A stretch of DNA of 64,000 nt, from contig CACGDZ010000004.1 in assembly GCA_902571955.1 (NCBI GenBank), forward strand, positions 13,568 through 77,567. The letters run 5' to 3'. Shown here piece after piece: positions 27,146 to 39,237 of this stretch. Origin of the DNA: an uncultured Pelagibacteraceae bacterium (GTDB taxonomy: Bacteria > Pseudomonadota > Alphaproteobacteria > Pelagibacterales > Pelagibacteraceae). The position numbers and the translations under genes are program-made. Each line of letters opens with the position of its first letter. Within the stretch, counting starts at the first letter, position 1. The notes beneath the pieces were generated by a model. That model had not been told where the DNA came from, did no database searches, and was given only the letters and a program-made list of their open reading frames with translations.

Positions 27146-27994
27146 ATGATTAAAATATTTCCTTTCATATTTATACTTCTTTGGTCTTCCGCTTTCATAA
27201 CAACCAAACCTATCATAGACAATAGTGATCCATTTGCTGCTCTAGCTTTTAGATTTGCAGGAGTTGCTTTCGGTTTTTTTTTATTTTCAATTTATTCAAA
27301 ACAAAAAATTCTAGTAAGCAAAAGAAATTTTTTTGAATCTTTTTTTAGCGGTGTCTTATTTCATGGTTTTTATCTTGGTGGTGTTTTTTACTCAATTTCA
27401 ATAGGAATGCCTACGGCAATAGCAGCTTTAATTGTAACCCTTCAACCAGTTCTCACAAATGCATTAAGTGGCCCCATCTTAAATGAAAAAGTATCTACAA
27501 AACAATGGATAGGTGTTTTGTTAGGATTTGCTGGTTCAGGACTTGTATTAGGTTTTGATGTTGGTTCTAAAATACCAGCAACAGGATTGATCGCAACAAT
27601 AATAGCCTTATTAGCAATTACATTTTCAACTTTATGGCAAAAAAAATTAAGCAACAACTTGCCATTGTCTGTAAGTAATATGAATCAAGCTATTGGTGGA
27701 TGTATATTTCATTTATCAATAATTATTTTGTTTGTTGATCCATATATTGATTTCTCACAAACATTTATTATTGCAATGAGCCATCAAATATTTTTGGTTT
27801 CATTTGGCGCGTTTACAATATTAATGTTTTTAATTAAAAATAACTCAGCAAGCAAAACTGTTTCTATATTTTTTTTAATCCCAGCAACGTCTGCTTTTAT
27901 GGCATGGCTTTTCTTAAATGAAAGTTTAACTAGCTTAGATTTAATTGGATTTCTAATTACTTCTATAGGTGTTTATATTGCAACAAGAGATTGA
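27146..27994 (+). CDS. DMT/EamA family transporter
   Basis: LLWSSAF, AALIVTLQP and LNE repeats; about ten TM helices. Confidence 0.9.
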   Translation: MIKIFPFIFILLWSSAFITTKPIIDNSDPFAALAFRFAGVAFGFFLFSIYSKQKILVSKRNFFESFFSGVLFHGFYLGGVFYSISIGMPTAIAALIVTLQPVLTNALSGPILNEKVSTKQWIGVLLGFAGSGLVLGFDVGSKIPATGLIATIIALLAITFSTLWQKKLSNNLPLSVSNMNQAIGGCIFHLSIIILFVDPYIDFSQTFIIAMSHQIFLVSFGAFTILMFLIKNNSASKTVSIFFLIPATSAFMAWLFLNESLTSLDLIGFLITSIGVYIATRD

Positions 27995-27998
27995 AACC

Positions 27999-28592
27999 TT
28001 AAGTTAATATAGTTTCAAAACCAAACTCTAGAGATGCATCTGTGATAGAATGATATAAAGATTCACCAAAACTTCTTAGCGCAAATATCCTTACTTTATT
28101 TGGATTATCACTAAACCTATCTACAGTAAAAGCTATTCCATTATAAGTTGAGTTAATTGAATTGTTTTTATCTAATTTATTAAAATTAAAAGGACATCCT
28201 TTTTTCAAAACTTCTATAGTATCATTTCCCTCGATTTCTATAATAGCTCTAGAATGAGATAAATCTGTTACAGCAAAATCTGTATCTTTAAATTTATCTA
28301 CTACATTTTTTATTAAATTTTTTTTTATTGAAACTAAAAGCCAGTTTTTTGGCCCATTCCACATAATCCTTGTATTTTCATTAAATACTACGGCCAAAGG
28401 TTCATTTTTTAATTTTAAACCATCAATCTCAATACTCTCAAATGAAACTGAAGAATTTTTATACTGAACTATTTGAACAATTAATAAATTTTTGATTTCA
28501 GATATTTTAAGTATATCATTTTCATTTTTACCTTTATAATCTCCGAATTGACCTTTTACATGAACATTTGATAAAGCTGAAATTAATGTCAT
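27999..28592 (-). CDS. soxG: Heterotetrameric sarcosine oxidase/N-methylglutamate dehydrogenase gamma subunit
   Basis: GP..WL, TDLSHSR and RSF motifs; last gene of soxBDAG. Confidence 0.85.
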   Translation of the reverse strand: MTLISALSNVHVKGQFGDYKGKNENDILKISEIKNLLIVQIVQYKNSSVSFESIEIDGLKLKNEPLAVVFNENTRIMWNGPKNWLLVSIKKNLIKNVVDKFKDTDFAVTDLSHSRAIIEIEGNDTIEVLKKGCPFNFNKLDKNNSINSTYNGIAFTVDRFSDNPNKVRIFALRSFGESLYHSITDASLEFGFETILT

Positions 28593-31585
28593 GATCTAAC
28601 TCTTTCACCTTTCGGGTCTACATAATGTGATGAAACTATCTCAACTGGTATTACTTTGTTTTTAAGTGGTGACATCGCAAAAAGTTTTTGACCTATCATA
28701 TTTTTTCCATCTTTCAAAATTGCTAAAGAAAAAGGATTATCATATTCAACACTCCAACAAGATGCAGAGATATGACCTAATTTTGGATTTGGTAACGGTG
28801 CTTTATCATCTTTAACTAAGTGAGAGCCTTCTGGTATACTTGTTTGTTTATCTAATGGAACTACGCCTACTATTCTTTGTCTATCTTCAGCTATAAATGC
28901 AGATCTTTGTAACGATCTTTTTCCAATAAAATCTTTCTTTTTACTAACAAGACCTTCTAAGGCGTTATCGAATGGAATTGTTCTACCATCAAGTTCTGAT
29001 CCTGCAACATGTCCCATTTCAATTCTAAGAGTTGATAATGCTTCAGTTCCATATGGTTGAATATTAAATTCTTCACCAGCTTCAATTATTTTTTCCCACA
29101 TAAAATTTCCATAATCAGACTCAACATTTACCTCATAAGCAAGCTCGCCTGAAAACGAAATTCTATATATTCTTGCTTTTACACCAAATAAATCTCCCTC
29201 CATATAGCCCATAAAAGGTAAGCCTTCATTTGATACATCAGAGTTTGGAAATAATTTTTGTAATAAATCTCGAGATTTAGGTCCAGCTATAGCTGCTCCA
29301 GCCCACTGTTCTGTAGTTGATACTACATTCACATTTAATTCAGGCCAAACGAGTTGCAAATAATATTCTAAATGCGAAAGAACGTTTGCTGCCTGAGCTG
29401 TTGTCGTAGTCATATGATAATGATTTTCAGAAATTCTTGTAGTTGTTCCGTCATCCATTACAATTCCATCTTCTCTTAACATTACACCATATCTAGCTTT
29501 ACCAACTGGTAGCTTCAACCATGCATTTGTATATACTCTATTTAATAACTCCGCTGCATCTGGTCCTTTAATATCTATTTTACCTAATGTAGTTACATCG
29601 CAAACACCTACATTTGTTCTTACATTTTTTGCTTCTCTTTTTGACCCCTCAAATAAATTTTCATTTCCTCTTCTATAATACCTGGGTCTTAACCAAACAC
29701 CTGCATCAACAAAGACTGCATTATTTTTTTCATGCCATAAATGCATTGGAGATTTTCTTGTTGGTTTTGAATGTTTTCCAACCTCTCTCCCTACTATTGC
29801 TCCAATAGAAACAGGAGTATATGGAGGCCTGAAAGTCGTATGGCCTACTGCAGGAACAACTTTGTTTTCAATTTCGGATACTAATTGTAATCCATTTAAA
29901 TTACTTGTTTTTCCTTGGTCTGTTGCCATTCCTAGAGTGGTATATCTTTTAACGTGTTCAATAGATCGATACCCTTCTCTTAAAGCTATTTCTACATCAG
30001 ACACCGCTACATCGTTTTGAAAATCTAAAAATCTTTTATAATTTTTACCTTTTGGTAATGGAACACACCAAAACTTATCATGCTGAGAAGATTTCTTCTC
30101 AACAACATTTGGAATAGCTATCTTATAATCATTTTTAGTAATTTTTTTTGATAATTCACTTCCTGCTGTAAATGATGTTTTTAAAGTTTCCTCTAGTGAA
30201 AATACACCATTAGCTGCACCTAAAGTAATTTCATTTTGTTTTGATTGTCCTGGCACAAATGCATCAATTTCTTCTTTAAACTTTGTTTTATTTCCTGATT
30301 GTGAGGCTAAATGAATAGTTGGTGTCCAAAAACCTGAGACGCAAATACAATCACATTGTATATTTTCTATTTTACCAAGTTGTTTTTTGTCTTCAGAAAT
30401 ATTTGCGATATCTGCCGATTTTACTTTTTTGTATCCTTGTGCTGCAACAACAACATATGAATTTTTAATATTAATTCCTAAATTTTTTGCCTCATCAATT
30501 ATTTCTGACTCAGGATTTTTTCTTGAGTCTAAAACAATTGGATCTACTCCATGTTTTTTAAATTCTATTGCTGTCTCGTACCCACTATCGTTATTTGTAA
30601 ATACTAATGGTTTTCTTCCAACTAAAACACCATATACTTTTAAATATTCTTTAGCGGCTGAAGAAAGCATTACCCCTGGTGTATCATTATTTCCAAAAAC
30701 TATTGGTCTTTCAATTGATCCTGAGGAAATCAAAACTTCTTTTGCTCGAATATACCATAACCTTTTGTTAGGGTGATATTTTTTAGTTGATGGTAAATGA
30801 TCACTAACTTTTTCCGACATTACAAGCATGTTGTGATCATAGTATCCAAAAATTTGAGATCTATTTTTTACAACAACATTGGGCATTGTTTTAAGTTCTG
30901 CAATTATTCCTTCAGCCCAATCTTTTCCTGATTGATTGCCAATATTGACATCGCTCGTTAATAAAGATCCACCAAATCTTGGTTTGTCTTCAGCTAAAAT
31001 TACTTTAGCTCCATTTTTTGCTGCAGCATATGCGCTAGCTAATCCTGAAGGTCCCGAGCCTGCAATTAACAAATCACAATATTCGTACTTATGTTCATAC
31101 CTTTCTTTATCATGTTTAGTTGAAGCTACGCCTAAACCAGCTGCTTTTCTAATGAAAGGCTCATAAATTCGATACCAAAAACTTTTTGGCCACATAAAAG
31201 TTTTGTAATAAAAACCTGCTGGTAAAAAAATTCTCAAAAAATTATTTATTGCACCTATGTCAAAATTAACACTTGGCCAACAATTAACACTTTTTGCTTC
31301 TAAACCCTCAAATAACTCCTGCTCTGTGGCTTTAACATTTGGTTCAGTTTCACCATTTCTATAAAGTTGAACTACCGCATAAGGTTCATCAACTCCAGCA
31401 CCAAAGAAGCCTCTTGGTCTATGGTACTTAAAACTTCTTCCAACTAAATGAACTCCATTCGCCAATAAAGCTGATGCCAATGTATCCCCTTGATAACCAA
31501 AGTATGTTTTGCCATTAAATTTGAAGGATAATTTTTTTTCCCTGTCTACTAATCCTCCATTATCAATTCTAAAAGCTTGAGTCAT
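28589..31585 (-). CDS. soxA: Sarcosine oxidase/NMG dehydrogenase alpha subunit
   Basis: [22 protein letters not shown] and [16 protein letters not shown] motifs; C-terminal GcvT domain. Confidence 0.95.
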   Translation of the reverse strand: MTQAFRIDNGGLVDREKKLSFKFNGKTYFGYQGDTLASALLANGVHLVGRSFKYHRPRGFFGAGVDEPYAVVQLYRNGETEPNVKATEQELFEGLEAKSVNCWPSVNFDIGAINNFLRIFLPAGFYYKTFMWPKSFWYRIYEPFIRKAAGLGVASTKHDKERYEHKYEYCDLLIAGSGPSGLASAYAAAKNGAKVILAEDKPRFGGSLLTSDVNIGNQSGKDWAEGIIAELKTMPNVVVKNRSQIFGYYDHNMLVMSEKVSDHLPSTKKYHPNKRLWYIRAKEVLISSGSIERPIVFGNNDTPGVMLSSAAKEYLKVYGVLVGRKPLVFTNNDSGYETAIEFKKHGVDPIVLDSRKNPESEIIDEAKNLGINIKNSYVVVAAQGYKKVKSADIANISEDKKQLGKIENIQCDCICVSGFWTPTIHLASQSGNKTKFKEEIDAFVPGQSKQNEITLGAANGVFSLEETLKTSFTAGSELSKKITKNDYKIAIPNVVEKKSSQHDKFWCVPLPKGKNYKRFLDFQNDVAVSDVEIALREGYRSIEHVKRYTTLGMATDQGKTSNLNGLQLVSEIENKVVPAVGHTTFRPPYTPVSIGAIVGREVGKHSKPTRKSPMHLWHEKNNAVFVDAGVWLRPRYYRRGNENLFEGSKREAKNVRTNVGVCDVTTLGKIDIKGPDAAELLNRVYTNAWLKLPVGKARYGVMLREDGIVMDDGTTTRISENHYHMTTTTAQAANVLSHLEYYLQLVWPELNVNVVSTTEQWAGAAIAGPKSRDLLQKLFPNSDVSNEGLPFMGYMEGDLFGVKARIYRISFSGELAYEVNVESDYGNFMWEKIIEAGEEFNIQPYGTEALSTLRIEMGHVAGSELDGRTIPFDNALEGLVSKKKDFIGKRSLQRSAFIAEDRQRIVGVVPLDKQTSIPEGSHLVKDDKAPLPNPKLGHISASCWSVEYDNPFSLAILKDGKNMIGQKLFAMSPLKNKVIPVEIVSSHYVDPKGERVRS

Positions 31586-31854
31586 TAAGCAACTTCCTCA
31601 TCAGCTTTAAAAGTTTTAAAAATTTCATGGGTTGCAGTATCTCTCTCAACCTTAATCCATTGTCTACATCCAGAAATATGTTGCCAAAGCTCTAGATGTT
31701 TTCCTCTTAAACTCTTTCTGTTATAAACAAAATCATCCCACTCTTTATCAGAAATTTCTTTATTGAGCTCTGGTCTTTTAACGCTTGCATCACCACCGTA
31801 TGAAAATTCATTTTGAGATCTCATTCCACAATGTGGGCAATTTATATAAAGCAT
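31585..31854 (-). CDS. soxD: Sarcosine oxidase/NMG dehydrogenase delta subunit
   Basis: CPHCG..EF.YGGDA...W.H..GC Zn motif. Confidence 0.95.
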   Translation of the reverse strand: MLYINCPHCGMRSQNEFSYGGDASVKRPELNKEISDKEWDDFVYNRKSLRGKHLELWQHISGCRQWIKVERDTATHEIFKTFKADEEVA

Positions 31855-33111
31855 TTATGATATCCAAGTTTTAGTACCAAGTCCTTTTTCATCAATAAGA
31901 TTACCTGAACTAAATCTATTTAAACTATAACCAGCGTTTAATTCGTGAACTCTGTCTTGTGCAATCGTATGTGCAAATGTCCAACCTGAAGCAGGTGTAG
32001 CTTTAAAACCACCATAACACCATCCACAATTTAAATATAAACCTTCAATGTGTGTTTTATCAATTATAGGTGATCCATCCATTGACATATCCATAATACC
32101 ACCCCATGTTCTAAGCATTTTTAATTTACTCAAAAACGGCATCATCGCTATTCCTTCGGTTAACACGTGTTGCAATGTTGGAAGATTTCCTCTTTGAGCG
32201 TAACTGTTATAACCATCAAGATCACCACCCATTACCATCTCGCCCTTGTCTGATTGACTAACGTAAAAGTGTCCTGCACCAAAAGTAACTACATTATCTA
32301 GAACTGGTTTTACTGGTTCAGAAACACATGCTTGAAGTAAATGAGTTTCGATTGGTAACGTCATGTTTAATTTTTCTGCTAAAATATTTGTGCTTCCAGC
32401 AACACAAATACCAACTTTTTTAGCTTTTATATTTCCTCTTGAAGTTCTTATTCCTTTTATTTTACCAGCAGTTACTTCAAAACCTGTTACCTCACAGTTT
32501 TGAATTATGTCTACACCCATAGAGTCTGCTTGACGCGCATAACCCCAAGCGACCGCGTCATGTCTTGCTGTACCTGCACTTGGCTGCATCAATCCTCCAA
32601 AAATTGGAAACCTTACATTTTCAGAAAAATCAGCCATTGGAATTATTTCTTTAACTTGTTCTCTATTAAGTAAAACTGCATCAATTCCATTTAATCTCAT
32701 TGAATTTCCTCTTCGAGCGTAAGCATTCATTTGTGCATCAGAGTGTGCAAGATTAATTATTCCTCTTGGTGAGAACATTACGTTATAGTTTAAATCTTGA
32801 CTCATTTTTCTCCATAAATCCATTCCAAACTCACTGAAAAGACCATTTTCATCATGCATATAATTTGATCTTATTATTGTAGTGTTACGTCCAACGTTTC
32901 CACCACCTATCCAACCTTTTTCTATAATTGCTACATTGGTAATATTATGCTCTTTAGCTAGATAATATGCTGTGGCTAGTCCATGGCCTCCTCCACCTAT
33001 AATTACAACATCATATTCCTCTTTTGGAGTTGGGTCTTTCCAGGCCAGATCCCAATTTTCATGGTTAGTAAAAGCGTTTTTAACTAAGTTAAATATAGAA
33101 TATTTTTGCAT
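31855..33111 (-). CDS. soxB: Sarcosine oxidase/NMG dehydrogenase beta subunit
   Basis: GGGGHGLATAYYLA, GRNTTIIRSNY, ARHDAVAWGYA and GGFKATP motifs. Confidence 0.95.
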   Translation of the reverse strand: MQKYSIFNLVKNAFTNHENWDLAWKDPTPKEEYDVVIIGGGGHGLATAYYLAKEHNITNVAIIEKGWIGGGNVGRNTTIIRSNYMHDENGLFSEFGMDLWRKMSQDLNYNVMFSPRGIINLAHSDAQMNAYARRGNSMRLNGIDAVLLNREQVKEIIPMADFSENVRFPIFGGLMQPSAGTARHDAVAWGYARQADSMGVDIIQNCEVTGFEVTAGKIKGIRTSRGNIKAKKVGICVAGSTNILAEKLNMTLPIETHLLQACVSEPVKPVLDNVVTFGAGHFYVSQSDKGEMVMGGDLDGYNSYAQRGNLPTLQHVLTEGIAMMPFLSKLKMLRTWGGIMDMSMDGSPIIDKTHIEGLYLNCGWCYGGFKATPASGWTFAHTIAQDRVHELNAGYSLNRFSSGNLIDEKGLGTKTWIS

Positions 33112-33155
33112 TATTTAATTTTATAACAATCTATTTAAATAGTGCTTATTTTTTT

Positions 33156-33173
33156 TATATATATTTTTTAGAA
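33156..33173 (-). promoter_or_regulatory. Candidate operator TTCTAAAAAATATATATA in the soxB/fhs divergent promoter
   Basis: Identical 18-mer at 46008-46025 (+); related palindrome at 48807-48830. Confidence 0.45.
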
Positions 33174-33240
33174 GTTTCCAAAAATAACAAAAAGGGATAA
33201 GAAGTCACAGATAAAAAACTTTTAATTTATTTGATTATTT

Positions 33241-34923
33241 ATGACTGAAGTAAAATCTGACATTCAAATAGCTCGAGAAGCTAAGATGCAACCCATAAAA
33301 GACATTCTATCGAAAGTTGGTGTACCAGATGAAAATTTTGCTTTTAGTCCAATGGGTAGACATATAGCTAAAATAAATCTTGAATATTTAAACACTCTTA
33401 AAAAAGAAAACGGCAAACTAATTTTAGTTACTGCTATTACCCCTACTCCAGCTGGTGAAGGTAAAACCACAACTTCAGTTGGCTTAAATGACGGTTTAAA
33501 TAAGATTGGAAAAAAATCTATTGTTTGTTTAAGAGAGCCAAGTCTTGGTCCATCTTTTGGAATGAAAGGAGGGGCTGCTGGAGGTGGCTACGCACAAGTA
33601 GTACCGATGGAACAAATCAATCTTCATTTTACTGGTGACTTTCATGCAATTACATCTGCTCATAATTTATTATCTGCATTAATTGACAATCATATCTATT
33701 GGGGAAACAAGCTTAACATTGACGTTAGGAGAGTTGTTTGGAGAAGAGTAATGGATATGAACGATAGATCCTTAAGATCTATTATTGTTGATCTAGGAGG
33801 AGTAGCTAATGGTTATCCAAGACAAGATAGTTTTGATATCACTGTTGCATCTGAATTAATGGCTATTTTTTGTTTAGCTACAGACTTAAAAGATTTAGAA
33901 AATAGAATTGGTAATATTACGATTGGATATACCAGAGATAAACAATCGATTTACGCAAAGGATTTAAATGCACAGGGTCCAATGACTGTTTTGCTTAAAG
34001 AAGCAATAAGGCCAAATGTAACTCAAACTTTGGAAAATAATCCAGCAATAATCCATGGCGGACCTTTTGCAAATATAGCTCATGGATGTAATTCTGTTAT
34101 TGCAACAAAAGCGGGTCTAAAATTATCTGACTATGTTGTAACAGAAGCAGGATTTGGAGCAGATTTAGGAGCTGAAAAATTTTTAAATATTAAATGTAGA
34201 AAATCAGGACTTAAACCAGACTGTGTAGTTATTGTAGCAACTATTAGAGCACTTAAGATGCATGGTGGAGTTAATAAAGAAGATTTAAAAAAAGAAAATG
34301 TATCAGCACTAAAAGAGGGAATGGTAAATTTACGTAGACATATAAATAACATTAGAAAATTTGGATTACCTGTTACTGTTGCAGTTAATCATTTTATTAC
34401 TGATACAGAAGATGAAATGAAAACATTGTTAGATTTTTGTGAAACTCAAGGAGTGAAAGCTTCTAAATGTACTCATTGGTCAAATGGAAGTGAGGGAACT
34501 GTTGAACTGGCTAAAAATGTTACAGAAATTTGTGAAGATAAAAAAGATACATTTAAATTTTTATATGAAGATGATCTTCCATTATTCAAAAAAATAGAAA
34601 AAATTGCGCAAGAAATTTATAGCGCCTCTGAAGTGGTAGCAGATACAAAAGTTAGACAACAATTAAAAGATTTTGAGGAAAAAGGTTACGGTAAGTTACC
34701 TGTTTGTATTGCGAAAACTCAATACAGTTTTTCAACTGATCCTAATTTAAAAGGTGCACCCACAGGTCATGTTTTACCTGTAAGAGAGGTAAGACTTTCT
34801 TCTGGAGCAGAATTTATAGTTGTTGTGTGTGGAGAAATTATGACAATGCCAGGGCTTCCAAGAGTTCCTGCGGCCAACTCAATAAAATTGAATGATAAAG
34901 GTGAAATTGAAGGTTTATTCTAA
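33241..34923 (+). CDS. fhs: Formate--tetrahydrofolate ligase
   Basis: [30 protein letters not shown] and KTQYSFS motifs. Confidence 0.97.
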   Translation: MTEVKSDIQIAREAKMQPIKDILSKVGVPDENFAFSPMGRHIAKINLEYLNTLKKENGKLILVTAITPTPAGEGKTTTSVGLNDGLNKIGKKSIVCLREPSLGPSFGMKGGAAGGGYAQVVPMEQINLHFTGDFHAITSAHNLLSALIDNHIYWGNKLNIDVRRVVWRRVMDMNDRSLRSIIVDLGGVANGYPRQDSFDITVASELMAIFCLATDLKDLENRIGNITIGYTRDKQSIYAKDLNAQGPMTVLLKEAIRPNVTQTLENNPAIIHGGPFANIAHGCNSVIATKAGLKLSDYVVTEAGFGADLGAEKFLNIKCRKSGLKPDCVVIVATIRALKMHGGVNKEDLKKENVSALKEGMVNLRRHINNIRKFGLPVTVAVNHFITDTEDEMKTLLDFCETQGVKASKCTHWSNGSEGTVELAKNVTEICEDKKDTFKFLYEDDLPLFKKIEKIAQEIYSASEVVADTKVRQQLKDFEEKGYGKLPVCIAKTQYSFSTDPNLKGAPTGHVLPVREVRLSSGAEFIVVVCGEIMTMPGLPRVPAANSIKLNDKGEIEGLF

Positions 34924-35703
34924 ATTTAAGTAGTTTAACCAATTCTCTAATTCTCTCATTCTAGAAACTTTATCTAATTTATTATTCTCAGTTTCTATAT
35001 GTTTGATGTGATTATCTATCTCATTCTCATCTTTAAATGCACCTTTTTCTAAAAGTCTTTTTTTTCTGAAAATAATCAAATTGATCATTTTATTATAAGT
35101 AATCTCAGGATGGTATTGAAGGCCCCATATATTACAGTTAACAACTTTGAAATTTATTCCTTGAACTTTATTTATTGAGTTTGAGGCTAATAAAATTGAA
35201 TTTTCTGGTAGTGTAACTACTTCATCAAAATTAAATGCTGGTGTATTAAATTTTTGACCTTTATTTTTATAGAGTGGATGATTCAAACCAATTTCATTAA
35301 TTTCAATATTTGAGGCAATCCCTCTATGAGATCCTTTTGTCGCTTTTTTTACCTCCCCTCCTGCTGCAGTCACAGCTACTTGCATACCCCAACATATTGC
35401 TAGAATTTTTTTAATTTTTTTCTGACACTCTTTCATAAATTCAATTTGTCTTTTTATTTCTGGGGTATTGTTATAAATATTTAAACTACTTCCACCCCAA
35501 ATAAGACCATCGTAGCTTTCAAGTGCATCAATATTTTTATCAATATTTTCATCTGATGAAGGATTAACCACGTGGGTTTCTAATTTATTTGTAAAGTACG
35601 CCAAACTATCTTTAAGACTTTCCGTATGTGTTTGAATACCAGCTGCAGAAAAACTTTGATTTTCTTCTCGTAAGTTTCCTTCTACAATTAATATTTTTTT
35701 CAT
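34915..35703 (-). CDS. Stand-alone class I glutamine amidotransferase-like hydrolase
   Basis: ICWGMQ nucleophile elbow and QYHPE complete the catalytic triad. Confidence 0.85.
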   Translation of the reverse strand: MKKILIVEGNLREENQSFSAAGIQTHTESLKDSLAYFTNKLETHVVNPSSDENIDKNIDALESYDGLIWGGSSLNIYNNTPEIKRQIEFMKECQKKIKKILAICWGMQVAVTAAGGEVKKATKGSHRGIASNIEINEIGLNHPLYKNKGQKFNTPAFNFDEVVTLPENSILLASNSINKVQGINFKVVNCNIWGLQYHPEITYNKMINLIIFRKKRLLEKGAFKDENEIDNHIKHIETENNKLDKVSRMRELENWLNYLNLE

Positions 35704-36860
35704 TAAAATAATTCTCCAGAAATGCTTTTTATATACATTTCTTTTAGATCATTTTGACATAGTTTTTTGGGATTTCCTCCCGTTGATGGGTCTTTAAATG
35801 CCATTAAGGAAAGTTCATCTAGATCAATATTATTACAATCCATTATATCTGACAATTTATGTGGAATATTTAAATTATTTCTTAATTCTAAAATCCAATT
35901 TAAAAAACTATCAAATTTTTTATTTAAATTAAGATAATCACAAATCGATATTATTTTATCTTCAATTGAAGGTTTGTTAAATGTTAAAACATAAGGCATA
36001 AATATTGCATTTGATAAACCATGGTGAACGTTAAATTTGCCGTTTACTGGGTGGCTCAATGAGTGAATTGCACCCAGTCCCTTCTGAAATGCAGTCGAGC
36101 CCATTGAAGCAGCTGAAAGCAAATCCATTCTAGCCTTAACATCTTTTCCATTTGTGAATGCTTTAATTAATGAATTTTTAATTAATTTCATTCCTTCTAC
36201 TGCTATACCATCAGCCATTGGATGATATCCTGGTGCACAAAATGCTTCTAAATTATGAGCTAGTGCATCCATTCCAGTTGCTGCTGTTAATCTTGGAGAT
36301 AAATCTAATGTAAGTAAAGGATCTAAAATAACAATCGAAGGTAACATTTTTGGGTGAAAAATAATTTTTTTTACACCTGTTTCTTTATTTATAATTGCAG
36401 ATGCTCTACCTGTTTCGGATCCTGTTCCAGCAGTGGTTGGAACTGCAATAATTTTTGAAATTTTAGAACTATCAGCTCTTGTCCAGTAATCACCAATATC
36501 TTCGAAATCCCATATTGGTCGTGACTGGTTGCACATAAGTGCTATAGCTTTTCCAACATCTAAACCACTTCCACCCCCTAAAGCTATTACGCCGTCACAG
36601 TCTGCGCTATTATAAACTTTAACGCCATCTTTTACATTTTCTCCAATTGGATTTCCCGTAAAATTAGAAAAGATAGCTAAATTTTCAAAACTTTTTTTTA
36701 ATCTTAATATTATATTTTTTATTAAATCTAGGTTAATTAAATCCTTGTCTGTTACAAATAATGGATTTGAAATATTTAACTCTTTACAGGCTAAGGTTAA
36801 ATCTTCAATTCTATTTTCTCCTATCCACATAGTGGTTGGATAATTCCAATTAATACCCAT
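35703..36860 (-). CDS. Iron-containing alcohol dehydrogenase
   Basis: GGGS.LD.GK, PTTAGTGSE, DALAH..E, AIHSLSH and HHG motifs. Confidence 0.93.
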   Translation of the reverse strand: MGINWNYPTTMWIGENRIEDLTLACKELNISNPLFVTDKDLINLDLIKNIILRLKKSFENLAIFSNFTGNPIGENVKDGVKVYNSADCDGVIALGGGSGLDVGKAIALMCNQSRPIWDFEDIGDYWTRADSSKISKIIAVPTTAGTGSETGRASAIINKETGVKKIIFHPKMLPSIVILDPLLTLDLSPRLTAATGMDALAHNLEAFCAPGYHPMADGIAVEGMKLIKNSLIKAFTNGKDVKARMDLLSAASMGSTAFQKGLGAIHSLSHPVNGKFNVHHGLSNAIFMPYVLTFNKPSIEDKIISICDYLNLNKKFDSFLNWILELRNNLNIPHKLSDIMDCNNIDLDELSLMAFKDPSTGGNPKKLCQNDLKEMYIKSISGELF

Positions 36861-36937
36861 AACAAAATATAATTTTATTTTTTTTAAAATTGTTAGTAAG
36901 ATATATTTATAAATTTATTAATGATAGGAAAAATTCT

Positions 36938-38269
36938 ATGTCAAAAGTAGCAATCATTGGTGCTGGTCCATGTGGACTTTCAATTTTAAGAGCATTTGAG
37001 CATTTAGAAAATAAAGGAGAAAAAATTCCTGAAATAGTTTGCTTTGAAAAACAAGAAAGTTGGGGTGGTTTATGGAACTACAACTGGAGAACTGGTTCAG
37101 ATCAATATGGAGATCCTGTTCCTAACAGCATGTACAGATACTTGTGGTCTAATGGACCTAAAGAGTGTTTGGAATTTGCTGATTATTCTTTTGATGAACA
37201 TTTTGGTAAGCCAATTCCCTCTTTCCCTCCAAGAGAAGTGCTGCAAAATTATATTTTAGGAAGAGTTAGTAAAGGTAATATAAAAAGCAAAATTAAATTT
37301 AATACTAGGGTCACAAATACTGTTTACAAAAATGATAAGTTTGAAATTAGCTACCAAGATAAAGTTAATAATAAAATTTTAAATGATAAATTTGATTATG
37401 TGGTAGTCTCTACAGGTCATTTTTCTGTACCTTTTATTCCTGAATATGAAGGAATGAATTCTTTTCCAGGAAGAATAATGCACTCTCATGATTTTAGAGA
37501 TGCTGAAGAATTTAGAGGAAAAGATGTAATTGTTTTAGGAAGTAGCTATTCTGCAGAAGACGTGGCTCTACAATGTAATAAATACGGAGCTAAAAGCGTA
37601 ACAATTGGTTACAGACATAATCCAATGGGTTTTAAATGGCCAGATGGCATGAAAGAAGTACATTATTTAGAAAAATTAGATGGAAAAAAAGCTATATTTA
37701 AAGATGGAACAGAGCAAAATGCAGAAGTAGTCATTTTGTGTACTGGGTATCTGCATCATTTTCCTTTTTTAGATGAAAGTTTAAAATTAAAAACACATAA
37801 CAGATTATATCCACCAAAGCTTTATAAAGGAGTTGTGTGGCAAGATAATCATAAACTTTTATATTTAGGAATGCAGGATCAATTTCACACATTTAACATG
37901 TTTGACTGTCAGGGATGGTACGCAAGAGATGTGATCATGGGTAAAATAAAAATGCCTGGTAATGACGAAATAGATAAAGATATCAATAAGTGGGTTTCTA
38001 TGGAGGAAAAATTAGAAAATCCTGATCAAATGATTGATTTTCAAACAGAATATACCAAAGAGCTTCATGATATGTCGGACTATCCTAAAATTGATTTTGA
38101 ATTAATTAGAAAACATTTCAAAGAATGGGAACATCATAAAGTAGAGGATATTCTATCTTATAGAAATAAGTCGTTTTCATCTCCTGTGACTGGATCGGTA
38201 GCACCAATTCATCATACACCTTGGGAAAAAGCGATGGATGACTCTATGGAGACTTTTTTAAATAAATAA
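36938..38269 (+). CDS. tmm: Trimethylamine monooxygenase (bacterial FMO)
   Basis: GAGPCG, WGGLWNY.WRTG, SMYRYLWSNGPKECLEF, FPGRIMHSHDFRDA and GSSYS motifs; AGGA RBS before the ATG at 36938. Confidence 0.93.
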   Translation: MSKVAIIGAGPCGLSILRAFEHLENKGEKIPEIVCFEKQESWGGLWNYNWRTGSDQYGDPVPNSMYRYLWSNGPKECLEFADYSFDEHFGKPIPSFPPREVLQNYILGRVSKGNIKSKIKFNTRVTNTVYKNDKFEISYQDKVNNKILNDKFDYVVVSTGHFSVPFIPEYEGMNSFPGRIMHSHDFRDAEEFRGKDVIVLGSSYSAEDVALQCNKYGAKSVTIGYRHNPMGFKWPDGMKEVHYLEKLDGKKAIFKDGTEQNAEVVILCTGYLHHFPFLDESLKLKTHNRLYPPKLYKGVVWQDNHKLLYLGMQDQFHTFNMFDCQGWYARDVIMGKIKMPGNDEIDKDINKWVSMEEKLENPDQMIDFQTEYTKELHDMSDYPKIDFELIRKHFKEWEHHKVEDILSYRNKSFSSPVTGSVAPIHHTPWEKAMDDSMETFLNK

Positions 38270-38273
38270 AAAA

Positions 38274-39230
38274 TTAATATTTAATTTTTAATTTTTTATT
38301 TTTAACAATTGCCTCTAATAAAGAGATCATTAAAGGAACTTTTTTCTTATTAATTTTTTTAAATACAAATGGAGTAATTTCCATTGCTAAATCAGCACCC
38401 TCTACTGTATCATTTTTCATAAACTTTTTCTTTGCTTGGTTATAAGTATAGCCTTTACCTAGATATTCTCCCATTTTACTATTTCTTCCTCCCAGTGCAC
38501 TTACGTATAAATCTCCTAAACCTGCCAGACCATAAACAGTTTCCCTTTTTCCTTTAAAATAATTTGCAAGATATTTCATTTCATCAATTGATTTTCTGAA
38601 CAAAGCCGATGATGTATTATGCCATTGTCCAGATCCAATTATCATTGAATAAATATTTTTTATTGCAGATAAAAACTCAACTCCATTAACGTCTCTACTA
38701 AATTCAGTTTGGTAATAATTTGTTGAAATTAATTTTCCAATTTTTTTTGCAATTTTAATATTTTTGTTTGCAACAACTGTGAAGCTTTTAACCTTTCTAG
38801 CTAATTCTTTTGCTAAACATGGGCCTTTCAAAACTGAAATATTTAAATTTTTGTTATACTTTCTTAATAAACTAGACATTGAAATTAAATTTCTACCATC
38901 TAATTTAAGACCTTTTGTTAATACTAAAATAGGTGATTTAAGTCTAACTTTTGATAAATTTTTTCCAACCAAGTCTATTCCAATAGAACTCACAGCAATT
39001 ACAATTAAGTCCCATTTGCGATTTAAAATGTCACTTGAAAATTTATTTATTTTTAATTTTTTTGGTAAATTTATATTTAATAATGGGTGATTTTTTTTTT
39101 TTGAATTTAATTTTTTTAATAATTTAAAATTATATGGCTCTGTTAATGTAACCGAGTGACCATTATCTAACAATGGTATCGAGAAAGCAGCTCCCATAGC
39201 TCCAGCACCAACAATTAATATTTTTTTCAT
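38274..39230 (-). CDS. gpsA: NAD(P)H-dependent glycerol-3-phosphate dehydrogenase-like protein
   Basis: GAGAMG, TKGL, GP..A.E, KNIY, GLAGLGDL, GRN and VEG motifs; divergent sequence. Confidence 0.75.
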   Translation of the reverse strand: MKKILIVGAGAMGAAFSIPLLDNGHSVTLTEPYNFKLLKKLNSKKKNHPLLNINLPKKLKINKFSSDILNRKWDLIVIAVSSIGIDLVGKNLSKVRLKSPILVLTKGLKLDGRNLISMSSLLRKYNKNLNISVLKGPCLAKELARKVKSFTVVANKNIKIAKKIGKLISTNYYQTEFSRDVNGVEFLSAIKNIYSMIIGSGQWHNTSSALFRKSIDEMKYLANYFKGKRETVYGLAGLGDLYVSALGGRNSKMGEYLGKGYTYNQAKKKFMKNDTVEGADLAMEITPFVFKKINKKKVPLMISLLEAIVKNKKLKIKY

Positions 39231-39237
39231 TTTATCT

